This document shows positions 1 through 15,960 of a DNA stretch of 64,000 bases, one piece after another (the stretch's first letter is position 1; the number at the start of each line of letters is the position of its first letter). Source of the DNA: Macrostomum lignano (Eukaryota); the NCBI GenBank assembly GCA_002269645.1, contig NIVC01002109.1, forward strand, positions 62,001 through 126,000, written 5' to 3'. A program made the translations under genes and the position numbers. The notes beneath the pieces were generated by a model. The model had not been told where the DNA came from. It made no database searches and was given only the letters and a program-made list of their open reading frames with translations.

Positions 1-1689
1 TGCCCGAGCGGCAGGACACTGCTGACTACTATACTAATTACTAATAATTTCTAAACTACACAGTCTATTAACACGGCGTTCCACTGACCGAGGGGTTTCC
101 GGCTTTAATACTGTCTTTCCCGACTAAATACTGCATCACGCTTGTAATAGCCTAGATCTATTCCTGGGGAATCCCCCCTTCTTACTGGGCAATCCACCCT
201 TTTTACTCAGCAAAACGCTTGTTGTTCGGCAATCCCTGCTTAACTGCACTGGCAAAACGCCCTTTCTATCCAACACGGTCTTTCCAAACTTGCAATCCTG
301 CTTAAAAAACTAAGACAATAAAACCAGAGAAATCTTAATTTCTAGTAGGTTACTGAGTGTTGAACCCAAACGAAGGAGTTAAAGAAAATGTTTAGTTTTT
401 CGCCTCATATTTATACTAAATGAAACCTCTCTTTATAGAACTGGGCTCGCGTTACATTCGTTTAAACAATATTTAGTTAAAACAAATTATTCGACTTGCT
501 AAAGCAGAAGTTACTACGTTAAAACAAATATCATATTAAAACAAAATATTCGTGTAACTGTTATTTGGCGGGAATTTGATTTACAAAAATGTTAATATTT
601 TCTTAGAACAAAACATGAGCCCAACTGCAGATGTACATTTGACCATTAATTATTTACATGGATAGGCAACTGATAGGCCTACATAACTGAGCATTTAAAT
701 TTAGACTTCATAAAGCGTTAAAATAGGCTATGTTTGTTAATTTAACGAGGTTTTTGCAACAATCCAATAGCATCACGCATCACTCAAAACTTCAGTTGCT
801 CAATGTCACTGTCTAGCTTAAAAAGTTCACAAAATCCACATAGGCCATCCCCATAGGGGGGCACCACCATGCTGCTGTCATGGCATCAATAAAGTTGTGT
901 GAAACAGTCAATTGAAACTATATTTATTAGGTGTAGGCGTAGGGGACAGCCTACTAAGTATAGTGCCTATGGGCTATGGCCCATTAAGTTATTAACCATA
1001 TTAAATATTAGCTAGTAAGCTAGGTGGCCTAGGCCCAATAAGTTGTCTCTAGAGGCTATGCAATTTGATTTTAAAATTTATTAAAATATATTTGATTTTA
1101 CTTAGTTAAAGAAACTATTAATAAGCCTATTTATTTAAAAAAATGAATCAAATGCCAGAAAAACTAGGGATAGGCCTATGCCTATGGAAAGTTTCTTTTC
1201 TAATATTTGGAATAAAAGTTTTTAAGAAGGATACTAAGAAATTTATTATCTAATTCTAAACTAGAGTTAACTATTGACTATTCTAGACTATTGTCATTTA
1301 TTTATGTAATGAAAGATTCTAAATTTTTTATTCAAATGCAAAAAATCGCAAGAGTAAGCCAACACAAGTTTTTTATTATTAGGCCCTAACTTGATTAGGC
1401 TGGGCCTATCTAATCCAATTGTACAACTCTATAAAATAGTCTATATATATAATATGGCTATCCTTTAGTTTCATTTTATTTATTATTTTCAGAGTCTTAT
1501 ATTATTTTTTATCCCCTTTTCAGCATGGCAGGTTGCCTATCTGCTCCGATGACAATTGTCACGATAAGAAATAAGACTATCAAAATATTTGGTGGCCCTG
1601 AAAAGGGCCATTTTATCATTCAGGTACAATTACTGTACACTAGCTGCAAAGAGTGTTCAGGCATTAGACATCATGGCAGACTCAGAAGT

Positions 1690-2590
1690 CAGTGTTGGGC
1701 ACCAGTCCATTAATAAGCGTTAATCCATTAATAAGCGTTAATAAGCGTTAAGATTTTTCATTAACATTAACGGACTGTCGTTAAGATTTTTTTGAACTAA
1801 CAGATTAACAAATTTGTGTTAAAAATTTTGTGAATTTTGTGAATTTTGTGTAACAATAAATTTATCGTTAACGGTAATGTCTATGTCAATGACCATATGT
1901 CTGACCAAAGACACAAAGAAGGAACAAAAATAGAAGTCTTACAAGAAGTTTAAACATTACGAACATATTTGAGCTTACCTATATCATATGCCTAAATATA
2001 ATCTCTTTATTTATTATGATGATCATACAGACGTACATGTAGTTAACAACTTCTTACAAATAAACTTTAAAATAATGAATTAAAATAGTGTGAAACTTTA
2101 TTTCTTGCGCGTGAGCATCGATCGCTTTGATTCACTTCTGTCCCAATCTTTCGCAACTTTCTGCTGCGCCTGCTAATGGTACTGAAACAACCTTCCTATG
2201 TGTATTTAATTATGAATTTCTTGTTATTAGCTTTTAAGTTTCAAATAAAATAAGTTACTTTTTTACCATATGCTTTACTTTTAGTAGTATTATGCATGCA
2301 AGTTTTTAAAATGATTATTTATTACTTTTTTAGCTTTCAAATCGCTTAGATAACCTCTGTGTTTCACTAAAAAGATGGAATAGCAAAGAGGTGCAATACG
2401 AAGTCTGTTTTGGAAAAAACGTGCAAGATTTCTGTATTTTCTGTGTTAACTTTAACGGATTAATGCTTATTAATGATTATCAGTTAACTTAACAAAATTA
2501 GGAGTTAAAAAGTTAAGATTTTTTTGTTTTAATGTTAAGGCTTTTGCTATTAATGGAAGTTAAGATTTTTATTAATGGTGCCCAACACTG
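1690..2590. mobile_element. Non-autonomous hAT-type DNA transposon (MITE), 901 bp
   Basis: TIRs CAGTGTTGGGCACCA (1690) and TGGTGCCCAACACTG (ends 2590). 8-bp TSD tcagaagt (1682-1689) / gcagaagt (2591-2598), 7/8 match. AT-rich interior with TTAATAAGCG/TTAAGATTTT subterminal repeats. Confidence 0.8.
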
Positions 2591-2776
2591 GCAGAAGTTG
2601 GCCCAATTGATGGCTGTGGCCCATGCTGTCAAGTCGCATTGCCGCATGGTGTCCTTCATCGGTGTCTTGAGGGCCCACCAGTACAGGAAGTCCACCAGTT
2701 GGGTTAGCTGCAGGTGGCTACGCTAAAAGAACGAGCCCTTCCTGATGGACTCCTGAGCGCGGCAGTCCTTGCAGGC
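2591..2776 (-). pseudogene. Decayed Merlin/ISXO2-like transposase fragment, interrupted by the hAT MITE; continues weakly below 1690
   Basis: Minus-strand translation ACKDCRAQESIRKGSFF*RSHLQLTQLVDFLYWWALKTPMKDTMRQCDLTAWATAINWANFC resembles the CxxC-SIRxGSFFxxSxL...W...WxNFCRDVC region upstream of ISXO2/Merlin DDE cores. Contains an in-frame stop. Confidence 0.5.
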
Positions 2777-3949
2777 CTAGGTCGAGCCTAGTTTGCATTT
2801 TGGTGCCTAGATTTTAAAGCAGAATTTGACAATTAGAATTTATCAATAAGTAAATATAATATTTCTACTTCTACATTTAAAAAAATATTGTATTATTATT
2901 ATTCATTTTGTTAAGGTGACCTTCTATTTTATTTAAAAAAAGTATCTCATTTCATTTAAATTTAAAATGTCTCAATTTTTCAAAAATTATGATCATGCCA
3001 TGCAGACTTAAGAAATCAATACTAAAATTGATTTGTCACATTTCATAATTTCAATCAAAATTATATATATATAGCATAATTGATAGATCTTTATCTTTAT
3101 CTTTATCTAACTAAGTCTTCTTAGCACTCATGCTTATTAAGTGCGGCCTTGTAGCCTATACAGAATATGGCAAATGTTTGCAATTAAATTAAATAGATTA
3201 TTTAAGATTTAAGAAACATGCCAGTTGAACAAGATAGATATTGCTTTTATTAGAAAGATAAAATGTTTTGTAAATTATTTATTATATTTGTTTTGAGATT
3301 TCTTTTTTATTATTTAGCCGTCATTAACTAAGGCACCAAAAAGCAAACTAGGGCATTAAAATGCTGGGCACTAAAAAGCATTGTCATTGAAAAGCATGGA
3401 AACCCTCTTAGATATATTCCATATGTACTAATAAAAACTTATGCATTTGCATATATATTTCTAACAAACTTGTATAACTGTAAAAGGTTTATATGCATGC
3501 AGCTTGTATTTGTTCAACAAACTTATGTAATTTCATTTACAAATATTAAATATTGCATTACTTCTAATAGAACAAAGATATTTCATTTAAAAGCAATGCC
3601 ACTAAGCATTATATTAACATAAAAAGAGAATTATAAAACTTATCTATAGATATTTATTAAAACTTATATTAAAAATTCTAACCTACTATGCAAGCTTGCT
3701 AATTTGGCTAGTTAGAATATATAAGCTAAGTTTAAGGTAGGTAAAATCAAAATCAATCTCTTGCAAAACATAATTTCAAAATGACAAAAGGAAAAATTTG
3801 TAATTGAAAAGAAGCATAAATAAAAGGCAACAATAAAAGTCTAAGAAATTAAGAAATTTGCAACTAGATAAGATTAGGCTACTATATTATAGAGAAATTT
3901 GAAGTGGGCTAAAAATAGTGCTTTAAAAAGCTCACTTTTAGATTAAGAC

Positions 3950-4470
3950 AATGTGCTAGATGAAGGCAATGTGCTAGACAATAGTATAAGGACAATGTGC
4001 TTAAATAAGAATGTGCTAGATAGGGATAGTGTGCTAGATAGGAACAGTATGCTAGATTGGGATATTGGTATGCTAAATTTAAGCAGTGTGCTAGATGGGG
4101 ACAGTGTGCTAGATAAAAATAGTTTTCTAAATGGGAATAGTGTACTATGTGCTAGATAAAGTTAGTTTGCTAAATGTGGATATTGTGCTAGAAATAGATA
4201 GTGTGCTAGGTGGAGATGTGCTTATGCTAAAAGGTGGAGGTGTGTTAAAAGTGAATGGATAGTGTGCTAGGTGGAGATGTGCTTATGCTAGAAGGTGGAG
4301 GTGTGTTAGAATGGGGGAATGTACTAGAAACAGACAGTGCTATTACAATAGAAGTGGGGAGTGTGCTAGAAAGAGAGTTCTAGAACCGGAGAGTGCTAGA
4401 AGGGGGGAGTCACCAGGACGGTGCTAGAGACAGTGCTAGAATGTAGTAAGGGGGAGTGTGCTAGAAGGGG
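3950..4470. repeat. Degenerate minisatellite built on GTGCTAGA
   Basis: Recurrent (A)GTGTGCTAGA motif, including a near-exact duplication of about 55 bp at about 4197-4310. Confidence 0.7.
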
Positions 4471-4547
4471 AAAGTGTTCTGCACTGGAAATTCTGCAACA
4501 TTTTTAATTGGTTGAGCCATTTATTTGGCCCAACTAGATAAACTAAG

Positions 4548-4987
4548 TGTCGGCTACAAGACTGGGACCTAAAGGGGAATAAATATAAGTTCTTTCTGTT
4601 TATTACATTCTCTGGTCAAACCCCCCGGCTTTGACCTCAGTTCCAGGCCTTGGCGTTTCTTAATCGTTTGGTTGGTCCATTGATTTATCTAGCCTGGATG
4701 GTAATTTCTTCGGCTGAGCCAAAGAAACAACAATTGCATTGAACCATAAATGTACATGTTGGTTTTCCTAGAAATGATTTCCAGTCCTTTAATTATTTTG
4801 AGTATCTGCTTTTTTAGCATATGTCAACAGACATTTTTACTCTCATTATATTTCGTGGCTCTTTCCCTACAGTACAAGCTATGCTCACGAACTGAATGTC
4901 CATAGACATTTGCAGCTCAGCAGCCATGAACGGCTTGTAAATAAAGTGCATTTGTTAACTAAATAAAAGTTCATCGCAATGCTAACA
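4548..4987 (-). repeat. Probable 3' LTR of the Ty3/gypsy element
   Basis: On the minus strand a polypurine tract AAAGAAGGAG (4988-4997) is followed directly by TGTTAG (4987). AATAAA occurs near 4600. The far boundary (CA at about 4548) is uncertain because no 5' LTR is available for comparison. Confidence 0.4.
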
Positions 4988-5002
4988 CTCCTTCTTTAAC
5001 AG

Positions 5003-7580
5003 TTAGGTAGGCACACCCAGCTTGTGATAATTCAGTCGCACTGGTACTCGTCGATGGCGCTGACTCCTGCGAAGACCAGATCCTTGTTCAGCAGGTTCTT
5101 CCATCTCCGTCTCCACCAGGTCATCGGAACTGGAGATCTTTGGTTTTGTTTGTTCACGATAGTAGCGTCCGCACCTTCCGTCCTCCAGCTCAACGTCGAC
5201 CACAACATTTCCCTCCATAGCGACTACTTCACCAGACTTCCATTTAGTCATCTCGTTGTTGTATGTTCTTACCCAGACTAGCTCACGTGCCAGAGAGAAT
5301 GCTGGAGTGTGGAGCAGATATCTTCTCATCAGCTCAGAGGGCTGTTTTGAATTCCTGTATTGCAGTCGGTCTACGCAGCTCTGAAGGTCGCCTTCCCCTG
5401 CAGCTCTGATGTGATTTTTTAGGTCTCTCACAAAGCGCTCGGCCAATCCGTTTGACCTTGGATGATAAGGTGGTGTGAGAAAATGTCTGCAGTTGATTTC
5501 TCTTAGCCAACCTTCCATTTTTTCGATACGAATTGAGGTCCGTTGTCCGAAACAATAGTCACAGGCACGCCTTCTTGAGCAAACGTTCTTCGCAATCGCT
5601 TGATGGTCTCAGATGAAGAGGTTCCTTTAGTCACGTGAACTTCAGCCCATTTGCTGAACGCATCAATTAGTACTAACAGGTAGTTTCCTCCCTTCATAGG
5701 TCCTGCGTAGTCCATGTAAACTCTCGACCATCACTGGGTCTCGTCCGGCCAAGAAGTCCATTGTCGAGTTATTCCGTGATACTTGTTCATCTGACATGAA
5801 CTGCATCCTTTTGAGTACTTTTCGATGTCTCGATATACATCGGGCCACCAGACGCATTGTCTAGCTATAGATTTCATCTTTTAGTTCCGATATGCCCTTC
5901 GTGCAGCAATCGCAGAGTTGCGGAACGCTCCAGCTTTGGAATAACCAGCCGAATACCTCTGTACAGTAATCCATTCTCAATGACAAACTCGTCCCTGAAT
6001 CGACTAAACTGCTGTAGTTCTTGAAATCCTTCTGTCTTCCAACCATACTTGACTTAAGCAAACAGCTTCCGAAGTTCTGAGTCCTCTTTCGATTTCCTTC
6101 TCAAGCTCTCCTTGTTTATAGGAACGTCTAGTAAACAGTCCTGCACTGAGCTAATATCAAACTGTTCACCTTCAAATGTGTTGTTGCTTAGTCTTGACAG
6201 CGCGTCGGCTACAGGAATCTCGGAGGATCTTTTGCACCCAACAACATATTCGTAACTCATCAGAGTGATTGCCCAGCGTTGCACCCGGGCTGCAGCTACA
6301 GTTGACAGAGATCTCCCCGGATCGAAGATGAACTTCAGTGGCTGATGGTCTGTTCGGATGATGAACTTCTGGCCTAGCAAATACTTGTGTAAGCGCTTCA
6401 CAGCCCATACGATAGCAAGAGCCTCGCGCTCGATTTGAGCATAGTTACGCTCCGCTTGTGTCAGAGTCTTCGAGATAAAAATTACTGGTCCAGTTGATTG
6501 CTCTAGAACTGCACCAAGTCCAGAGGGTGATGCATCAGTTGTGAGAATGATCTTGTCGGCTGGATTCAAAGGTTGAAGAGCGACTGCGTTGTACAGCTAA
6601 TCCTTTATGCTCTTGAACGCTCTCTGCTCTACTGAGCCCCAGGTCCATTTTGTCCCTGTCCTGGTCAGTCTCGTTAGAGGTTCCTTCAAACTCGCGAGAT
6701 TCTTGATGCACCATCCATAAAAATCGACCATTCCAATGAAAGACTGCAACTGTTTAAGATTTTTTGGCTCCTCTATTCCTGCAATTTCCTTGGCTTTCTT
6801 CGGTGGTGGGCGAATGCCACTTTCACTGATCTCGTATCATAGGAACATGATTGATGGCTTGTCAAAGTTGCACTTATCCTTGTTAATGCTCAGTCCATTA
6901 TCTTTTATGATTTGAAGAACTTTGGACAGCCTTTTGTCATGACTGTTGGTCAAAGCCCCACACTAGAATGTCGTCCTAGTACGAAATTACGCCTTCAGCA
7001 TTTAGTAGCAGTTTGTCCATGAATGACAGGAAAATTGCCGGTGCTTGCTTGACTCCGTATGCCAATGCAGTGGGCCTGTACAGGCCGAACGGAGTGCTCC
7101 ACGTCAGCATCGCGCTACTGTCTTCGTCCACCGGTACTTGGAGGTAGGCATTTGATAGGTCCAATGTAGAGAATCGACGGGCACAACCCAGTTTCGATAG
7201 CACTTCGTCAATTTGTAGGCGTTGTAGACACCATGTCTTTCAACAGTGGGTTGAGGGCAACCTTGTAGTTACCACAAATCCGAACCTTTCCAGACTGTTT
7301 CCGAACACAGACGATAGGTGTGGCCCACTCGCTAGATTCCACCTTCTGGAGCTGCCCAGCCTCTTCCATTCTCTTTAACTCGGCTTTGACATCGTCCTGA
7401 ATCCCATATGGAATTTGCCGTGGTTTAAAAAAGATGGGCTTTGTTCCCGATTTAATAGCCAATGACGCAGAAAATTTTCTCACTGAGCACGCTGCTGCCG
7501 AGTTAGAACTGTCTTCTTCCAGCACCGTGCATTTTGTGATAGAAGTGTAGAGATCTGGCTCAAGGACAGCTCGGCAGCAA
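5003..7580 (-). mobile_element. Decayed, 5'-truncated Ty3/gypsy LTR retrotransposon pol (RT-RNaseH-integrase)
   Basis: RT motifs WATPIVCVRK, RICGNYKVALN, LDLSNAYLQV, TPFGLY and Y*DD (stop in the catalytic motif at about 6977). RNase H motifs TDASPSGLGAVL, YAQIEREALAIVW and TDHQPL. Integrase motifs DYAGP, DAFSKW, SDNGPQF and GLAERFV. Multiple stops and frameshifts; gag, protease and 5' LTR are absent. Confidence 0.92.
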
Positions 7581-7699
7581 AATTTTAAGCAAAATTCACA
7601 TCACCTTGTAATAAATAAATTTTCCTGATATGTATCGAAATAGTTAAAGCTAAGCCAAAATTTACGTTAATTGTCATTGCATGCCATTGAAGCCAAACA

Positions 7700-8038
7700 A
7701 TGACCGCCGCAAAGAAAGCAAGCAAAAAGCAGCAGGAGAATATCAACTCTCGCCTGGCGCTTGTTATGAAGTCCGGCAAAGTTGTTCTGGGACTGCGTCA
7801 GACTCTAAAAAGTTTGCGCCAAGGCAAGGCCAAGTTGGTCATATTGGCTAGCAACACGCCCGCGCTGCGCAAATCAACAATTGAATATTATTCGATGCTG
7901 TCTAAATCGGGCGTTCACCATTATATCGGCAACAATATTGAATTGGGCACCGCTTGCGGCCGGCACTTCAAGATCTGTTCAATGGCAGTTCTCGATGCTG
8001 GCGACTCCGACATTGTTCGGGAAACGGCTAAGGCTTAA
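7700..8038 (+). CDS. RPL30: 60S ribosomal protein L30 (eL30), intronless, 112 aa
   Basis: [77 protein letters not shown] is the canonical eL30 sequence. AATAAA at 8112. Confidence 0.97.
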   Translation: MTAAKKASKKQQENINSRLALVMKSGKVVLGLRQTLKSLRQGKAKLVILASNTPALRKSTIEYYSMLSKSGVHHYIGNNIELGTACGRHFKICSMAVLDAGDSDIVRETAKA

Positions 8039-8261
8039 AGCAATTAAGCTGCTTCTCTCTTAAAAACAATTGGCCCCCTACTTGCTTTGTGTCAATTCTT
8101 CATAAAAGCGAAATAAAAAAGCTTTAGAGCTTGGAGACTTGGAGAAAAGTTTGTATTGTCGTGTATTGTATTTATTTTTTCCGATAGAAAATAGTGCAAA
8201 CGCACTTTAGCTACTTTAAGTAGAATATCAAAAGTTAAAATTTAAAAAATTACCGTATAAT

Positions 8262-8272
8262 TTTACTTTCAG
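8262..8272 (+). promoter_or_regulatory. Unpaired 3' splice acceptor (putative SL trans-splice site) upstream of VPS29
   Basis: TTTACTTTCAG ends 18 nt before the ATG. It lies downstream of the RPL30 AATAAA and a GT/T-rich tract, with no upstream exon available. Confidence 0.55.
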
Positions 8273-8290
8273 TAGTGCGAAACACTCGTC

Positions 8291-9620
8291 ATGCTTGTAC
8301 TCGTAATTGGAGATTTCCATGTGCCTTATCGAGCGTCCAGCATACCCGCGAAATTCCGGCGCCTGCTAGTGCCTGGCAAAATTCAGCACGTGCTTTGCAC
8401 CGGCAATTTGATTGGCCGGGATTCTTTAGACTATTTAAAAAGTCTCACCTCCGATGTCCACGTTGTTCGAGGCGAGTTCGACGACGCTTCGTGGCCTGAG
8501 ACTAAGGTGCGTTGACTGAGAGAAGTGAGATTCACGTGGATATCTGTACTGTAGGCATGGTGTGATTGGACAAACAAAGTGAGTTGGGTGCACAGGGAGT
8601 GAGGTGGGTGCACAGGGAGTGAAGTGGGTGCACAAGGACAGGTGGGTGCACAGGGAGTGAGGTGGATGCACATGGAGTGAGATGGGTGCACAGGGAATGA
8701 GGTGGGTGCACAGGGAATGAGGTGGGTGCACAAGGAGTGAGGTGTGTGTACAAGGAGTGAGGTGGGTACACAGGGAGTGAGATGGGTGCATATGGAGAGG
8801 TTAGTGCATAGGGAATGAGGTGGATGCTGGATACGGACTGAGATGGGTGCACAGGGAGTGAGGTGGATGCACAGGGAGTAAGTTGGGTGCACATGGAGAG
8901 AGTTTAGTGCACAGGGAGTGAGATAGGTGCACATGGAGAGGTTAGTGCATAGGGAATGAGGTGGGTGCTGGACACGGACTGAGATGGTAGCACAAGTAGT
9001 GAGATGGGTGCACAGGGAGTGAGATGGGTGCACAGGGAGTGAGGTTGGTTCACAGGGAGTGAGGTTGGTTCACAGGGAGTGAGGTTGGTGCACAGGGATT
9101 GAGGTTGGTGCACAGGGATTGAGGTTGGTGCACAGGGATTGAGGTTGGTGCACAGGGAGTGAGGTTGGTGCACAGGGAGTGAGGTTGGTGCACAGGGAGT
9201 GAGGTTGGTGCACAGGGAGTGGGGTGGGATGCCTTGAAGCGCCCTAATAAAGTATTCCTCCTGTAGGTGGTCACTGTAGGCCAGTTACGGATCGGTTTGA
9301 CCCACGGCCACCAGCTGCTGCCCTGGGGCGATCCGGCCTCTTTATCCGAGCTTCGCCGTCGCCTCGGCGTCGACCTGTTAATCAGCGGTCACACGCGTCG
9401 ATTCGAAGCGTTTGAACGGGACGGCGGATTTTTCTTGAATCCCGGCTCGGCCACGGGTGCCTTCAGTCCAGCTGAGGCTGGCGAGACGCCAGTGCCTTCG
9501 TTCGCCCTGCTAGACGTGCAGGCATCCAGCGTTGTGTGCTACATCTATCGGTTCATTGACGGCGACGTGGCTGTTGAACGAGTCGAATTTAAAATTCCGC
9601 GAGCCAATTCGCGCGGCTAG
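8291..9620 (+). CDS. VPS29: Vacuolar protein sorting 29 (retromer); exons 8291-8506 and 9267-9620, about 189 aa
   Basis: [38 protein letters not shown]; [22 protein letters not shown]; LISGHT; [12 protein letters not shown]; [13 protein letters not shown] phase-0 intron 8507-9266. AATAAA at 9669. Confidence 0.96.
8560..9225. repeat. 19-20 bp minisatellite (GTGCACAGGGAGTGAGGTGG) filling the VPS29 intron
   Basis: Direct tandem units visible. Confidence 0.9.
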
Positions 9621-9769
9621 CAACTTGAAATAATATGCTTAACTAGTTTCTTCTGACAGTTGGGCAAGAATAAAAATGAAAACTTGCTATTAAGTTGATT
9701 TATTACCTATTTCGAACCACGTTTTTTAACCATTACTTAAGACGCACAATTCTCTTTATTGATAATCGC

Positions 9770-10112
9770 CCATTAGCTACCCTGAGAATTGCTCATTAGC
9801 TACCGTGAGAATTGCTCATTAGCTACCCTGAGAATCGCTCATTAGCTACCCTGAGAATCGCTCATTAGCTACCGTGAGAATTGCTCATTAGCTACCGTGA
9901 GAATTGCTCATTAGCTACCCTGAGAATTGCTCATTAGCTACCCTGAGAATTGCTCATTAGCTACCCTGAGAATTGCTCATTAGCTACCCTGAGAATTGCT
10001 CATTAGCTACCTTGAGAATCGCCCATTAGCTACCTTGAGAATCGCCCAATAGGTCATTAGCTACCTTGTGAATTGCCAATTAGCCACCTTGGTAATCGCC
10101 CATTAGCTACCT
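9770..10112. repeat. 23-bp minisatellite (TTAGCTACCCTGAGAATTGCTCA)
   Basis: More than 10 near-identical tandem units. Confidence 0.9.
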
Positions 10113-10567
10113 TGAGAATCGACTGTTAATACAAATTTACTGTCACCCAGATTTTCACCCAAAATGTTTGTATTATTATCAGTCTATAAATTGTTTTCAA
10201 TTGAATTGAGTCTAAATAATTACACAATAATTACATGCGCCTGATTGCCAGATTCCTTTATAAATTTAGTTTGGATCGATAGGATAGATGTTTAACTTTT
10301 ATTTGCCAAATGTTAGTGTATAAAAGATCTTGATTTGTGTGCTTTTGAATTGAAATTGTGAAAATAAAAGCATGCAATGCTCGTCTGGTTGTTTTCGACT
10401 CAGTATTTTCTAAAAATAATTCTATTTTATTTTAAGCTATCAAAGCTTTACCTGAGAATTTCTTACTTTTTAATTTTATTACTGTCTTTTACAATTAAGG
10501 AATCAAACCAATTACTCGATTTACTCAATTATCTGAGTCATCCTTTGGGATGAAAAAATATCGGTCG

Positions 10568-10602
10568 GGCAGATAGACACACAGATAGATAGACAGACAG
10601 AC

Positions 10603-10641
<39 letters not shown>

Positions 10642-10702
10642 TAAACAGATAGATACATAGATAGACAGACAGGCAGACAGACAGAGAGACAGACAGATAG
10701 AC

Positions 10703-10744
<42 letters not shown>

Positions 10745-10860
10745 GCAGACAGACAGACAGACAGATGAACAGATAGGTAGATAGATAGATAGATAGATAG
10801 AGACAGGCAGACAGGCAGACACACAGACACAGACAGACAGACACTCAGACAGACACACAC
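10568..10860. repeat. (GACA)n/(GATA)n microsatellite
   Basis: Direct observation. Confidence 0.9.
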
Positions 10861-11309
10861 GCACCAGGGCAAGACTAAGAATCCAGCTCTTTTTGAGCTA
10901 ACAGGTGGAGCAGTACTGGAAGTAATTTTCATGCTACACCAAATTTGCACGTTACCAACCATCTCTTGATGTCTTCTAATGCCAGCTGGTCTTCAGTGAA
11001 CAATCGAAATTTTTTGAGTATTTGCGCAAACCCGCCTTCCTCCCACTGTTGGCTGCAGCTGCAGGGTAACTTCTTCGGAAAAATTGCAGCTAATGCATGC
11101 TAGATAGACAATCATCCGTTGCTGCTTTTAGCTTGAAGCACGAAATAGCACTGATCAAACACAGATCACGGAAGTGTAGCAGAGGAGTGCCATTGACATC
11201 CAGAATCGTAATTAATCGACAAAGATAAATATGCTTGAACTGTCATGGACTTCTAGAGTCAGCTGTCTAGCTTGGTAATTAGTTATGACTGCATTCGTTC
11301 AGTAGTTGG

Positions 11310-11985
11310 CGCCCCTCTGTAGCTGGCGCGCCCTCTGAAGCTGGCGCCCCCTCTGTAGTTGACGCCCCCTCTGTAGCTGGCGTCCCCTGTGTTGCTAGCA
11401 GCACCCCCTGTGTGTATCTGGCAGCACCCCAGCTGTGTGTAGCTGGCAGCACCCCAGCTGTGTGTAGCTGGCAGCACCCCAGCTGTGTGTAGCTGGCAGC
11501 ACCCCAGCTGTGTGTAGCTGGCAGCACCCCAGCTGTGTAGCTGGCAGCACCCCCTGTGTGTAGCTAGCAGCACCCCCTGTGTGTAGCTGGCAGCACCCCA
11601 GCTGTGTGTAGCTAGCAGCACCCCCTGTGTGTAGCTGGCAGCACCCCAGCTGTGTGTAGCTAGCAGCACCCCCTGTGTGTAGCTGGCAGCACCCCAGCTG
11701 TGTGTAGCTAGCAGCACCCCCTGTGTGTAGCTGGCAGCACCCCAGCTGTGTGTAGCTAGCAGCACCCCCTGTGTGTAGCTGGCAGCACCCCAGCTGTGTG
11801 TAGCTGGCAGCACCCCAGCTGTGTGTAGCTGGCAGCACCCCCTGTGTGTAGCTAGCAGCACCCCCTGTGTGTAGCTGGCAGCACCCCAGCTGTGTGTAGC
11901 TGGCAGCACCCCAGCTGTGTGTAGCTGGCAGCACCCCAGCTGTGTGTAGCTAGCAGCACCCCCTGTGTGTAGCTGGCAGCACCCT
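11310..11985. repeat. 23/25-bp minisatellite (GCTGGCAGCACCCCAGCTGTGTGTA)
   Basis: Tandem units in two alternating variants. Confidence 0.9.
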
Positions 11986-12179
11986 ATAATCGATTCATAG
12001 AGTATAGCCGCAGCAGCTCGCCTGATGGGTTAGAAAAAACTTGGGTGTTTAGTCAGTTTCCTTTCCAGAGACGTAATTATGTGTTGGAATTAGATGTCCA
12101 TGGCCTGAAAATTAATGCAGTTGCTATATATATATGCGGCCTTATCCAGCTGTCTTCTCATGCAACACTGACTGCTTGC

Positions 12180-15006
<2,827 letters not shown>

Positions 15007-15164
15007 TTCGAGTCCAGATTGACATTGCTACTCGCAGGGCGGTGTATGATATCTGGACAGTGACTTGCGTAAAGTTAATCTAAATCAACATTTGTCTACT
15101 GTACTACTTACCTTGAAAGTAGAGTAGACAGTAATTTGAATAATAAAATATATGTTAAAAATGT

Positions 15165-15960
15165 CAGAGAGAGTGACAGTGTGAGAGAGTGACATTGTGA
15201 GAGAGTGAAATGGGGGAGAGTGACATCGTGAGAGAGTGCCAGTGTGAGAGAGAGACAGTAGGAGAGTGACCGTGTGACAGAGTGACAATGGGATAGAGTG
15301 ACAGTGTGAGTGAGTGACAGTCGGAGAGAGTGCCAGTGTGAGAGAGTGCCAGTGAGAGAGTGACAATGTGAGAGATTGCCAGTGTGAGAGAATGACAGTG
15401 GGAGAGTGACAATGGGATAGAGTGAAGGTATGAGAGAGTGCCAGTGGGAGAGAGTGACAGTGGGAGAGTGACAATGGGATAGAGTGAAGGTATGAGAGAG
15501 TGCCAATGTGAGAGAGTGACAGTGGGAGAGTGACAGTGTGAGAGAGTGCCAGTGTGAGAGATTGCCAGTGTGAGAGAGTGACAGTGGGAGAGTGACAATG
15601 TGAGAGAGTGACAGTATGAGAGATTGCCAGTGTGAGAGAGTGACAGTGGGAGAGTGACAGTGTGACAGAGTGACAATGGGATAGAGTGACAGTGTGATTG
15701 AGTGACAGTCGGAGAGAGTGACATCGTGAGAGAGTGCCAGTGTGAGAGAGTGACAGTGTGAGAGTGACAATGTGAGAGCGTGACAGTATGAGAGAGTGAC
15801 CGTGTGACAGAGTGACAATGGAATAGAGTGACAGTGTGAGTGAGTGACAGTCGGAAAGAGTGCCAGTGTGTGAGAGTGCCAGTGTGAGAGAGTGCCAGTG
15901 TGAGAGAGTGCCAGTGTGAAAGATTGCCAGTGTGAGAGAGTGCCAGTGTGAGAGAGACAG
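15165..15960. repeat. About 16-bp minisatellite (GAGAGAGTGACAGTGT variants)
   Basis: Direct observation. Confidence 0.9.

Noticed and set aside
10860-11130. Short minus-strand frame (…QQWEEGGFAQILKKFRLFTEDQLALEDIKRW…) as a possible exon
   Set aside because: No recognisable family and no partner exons.
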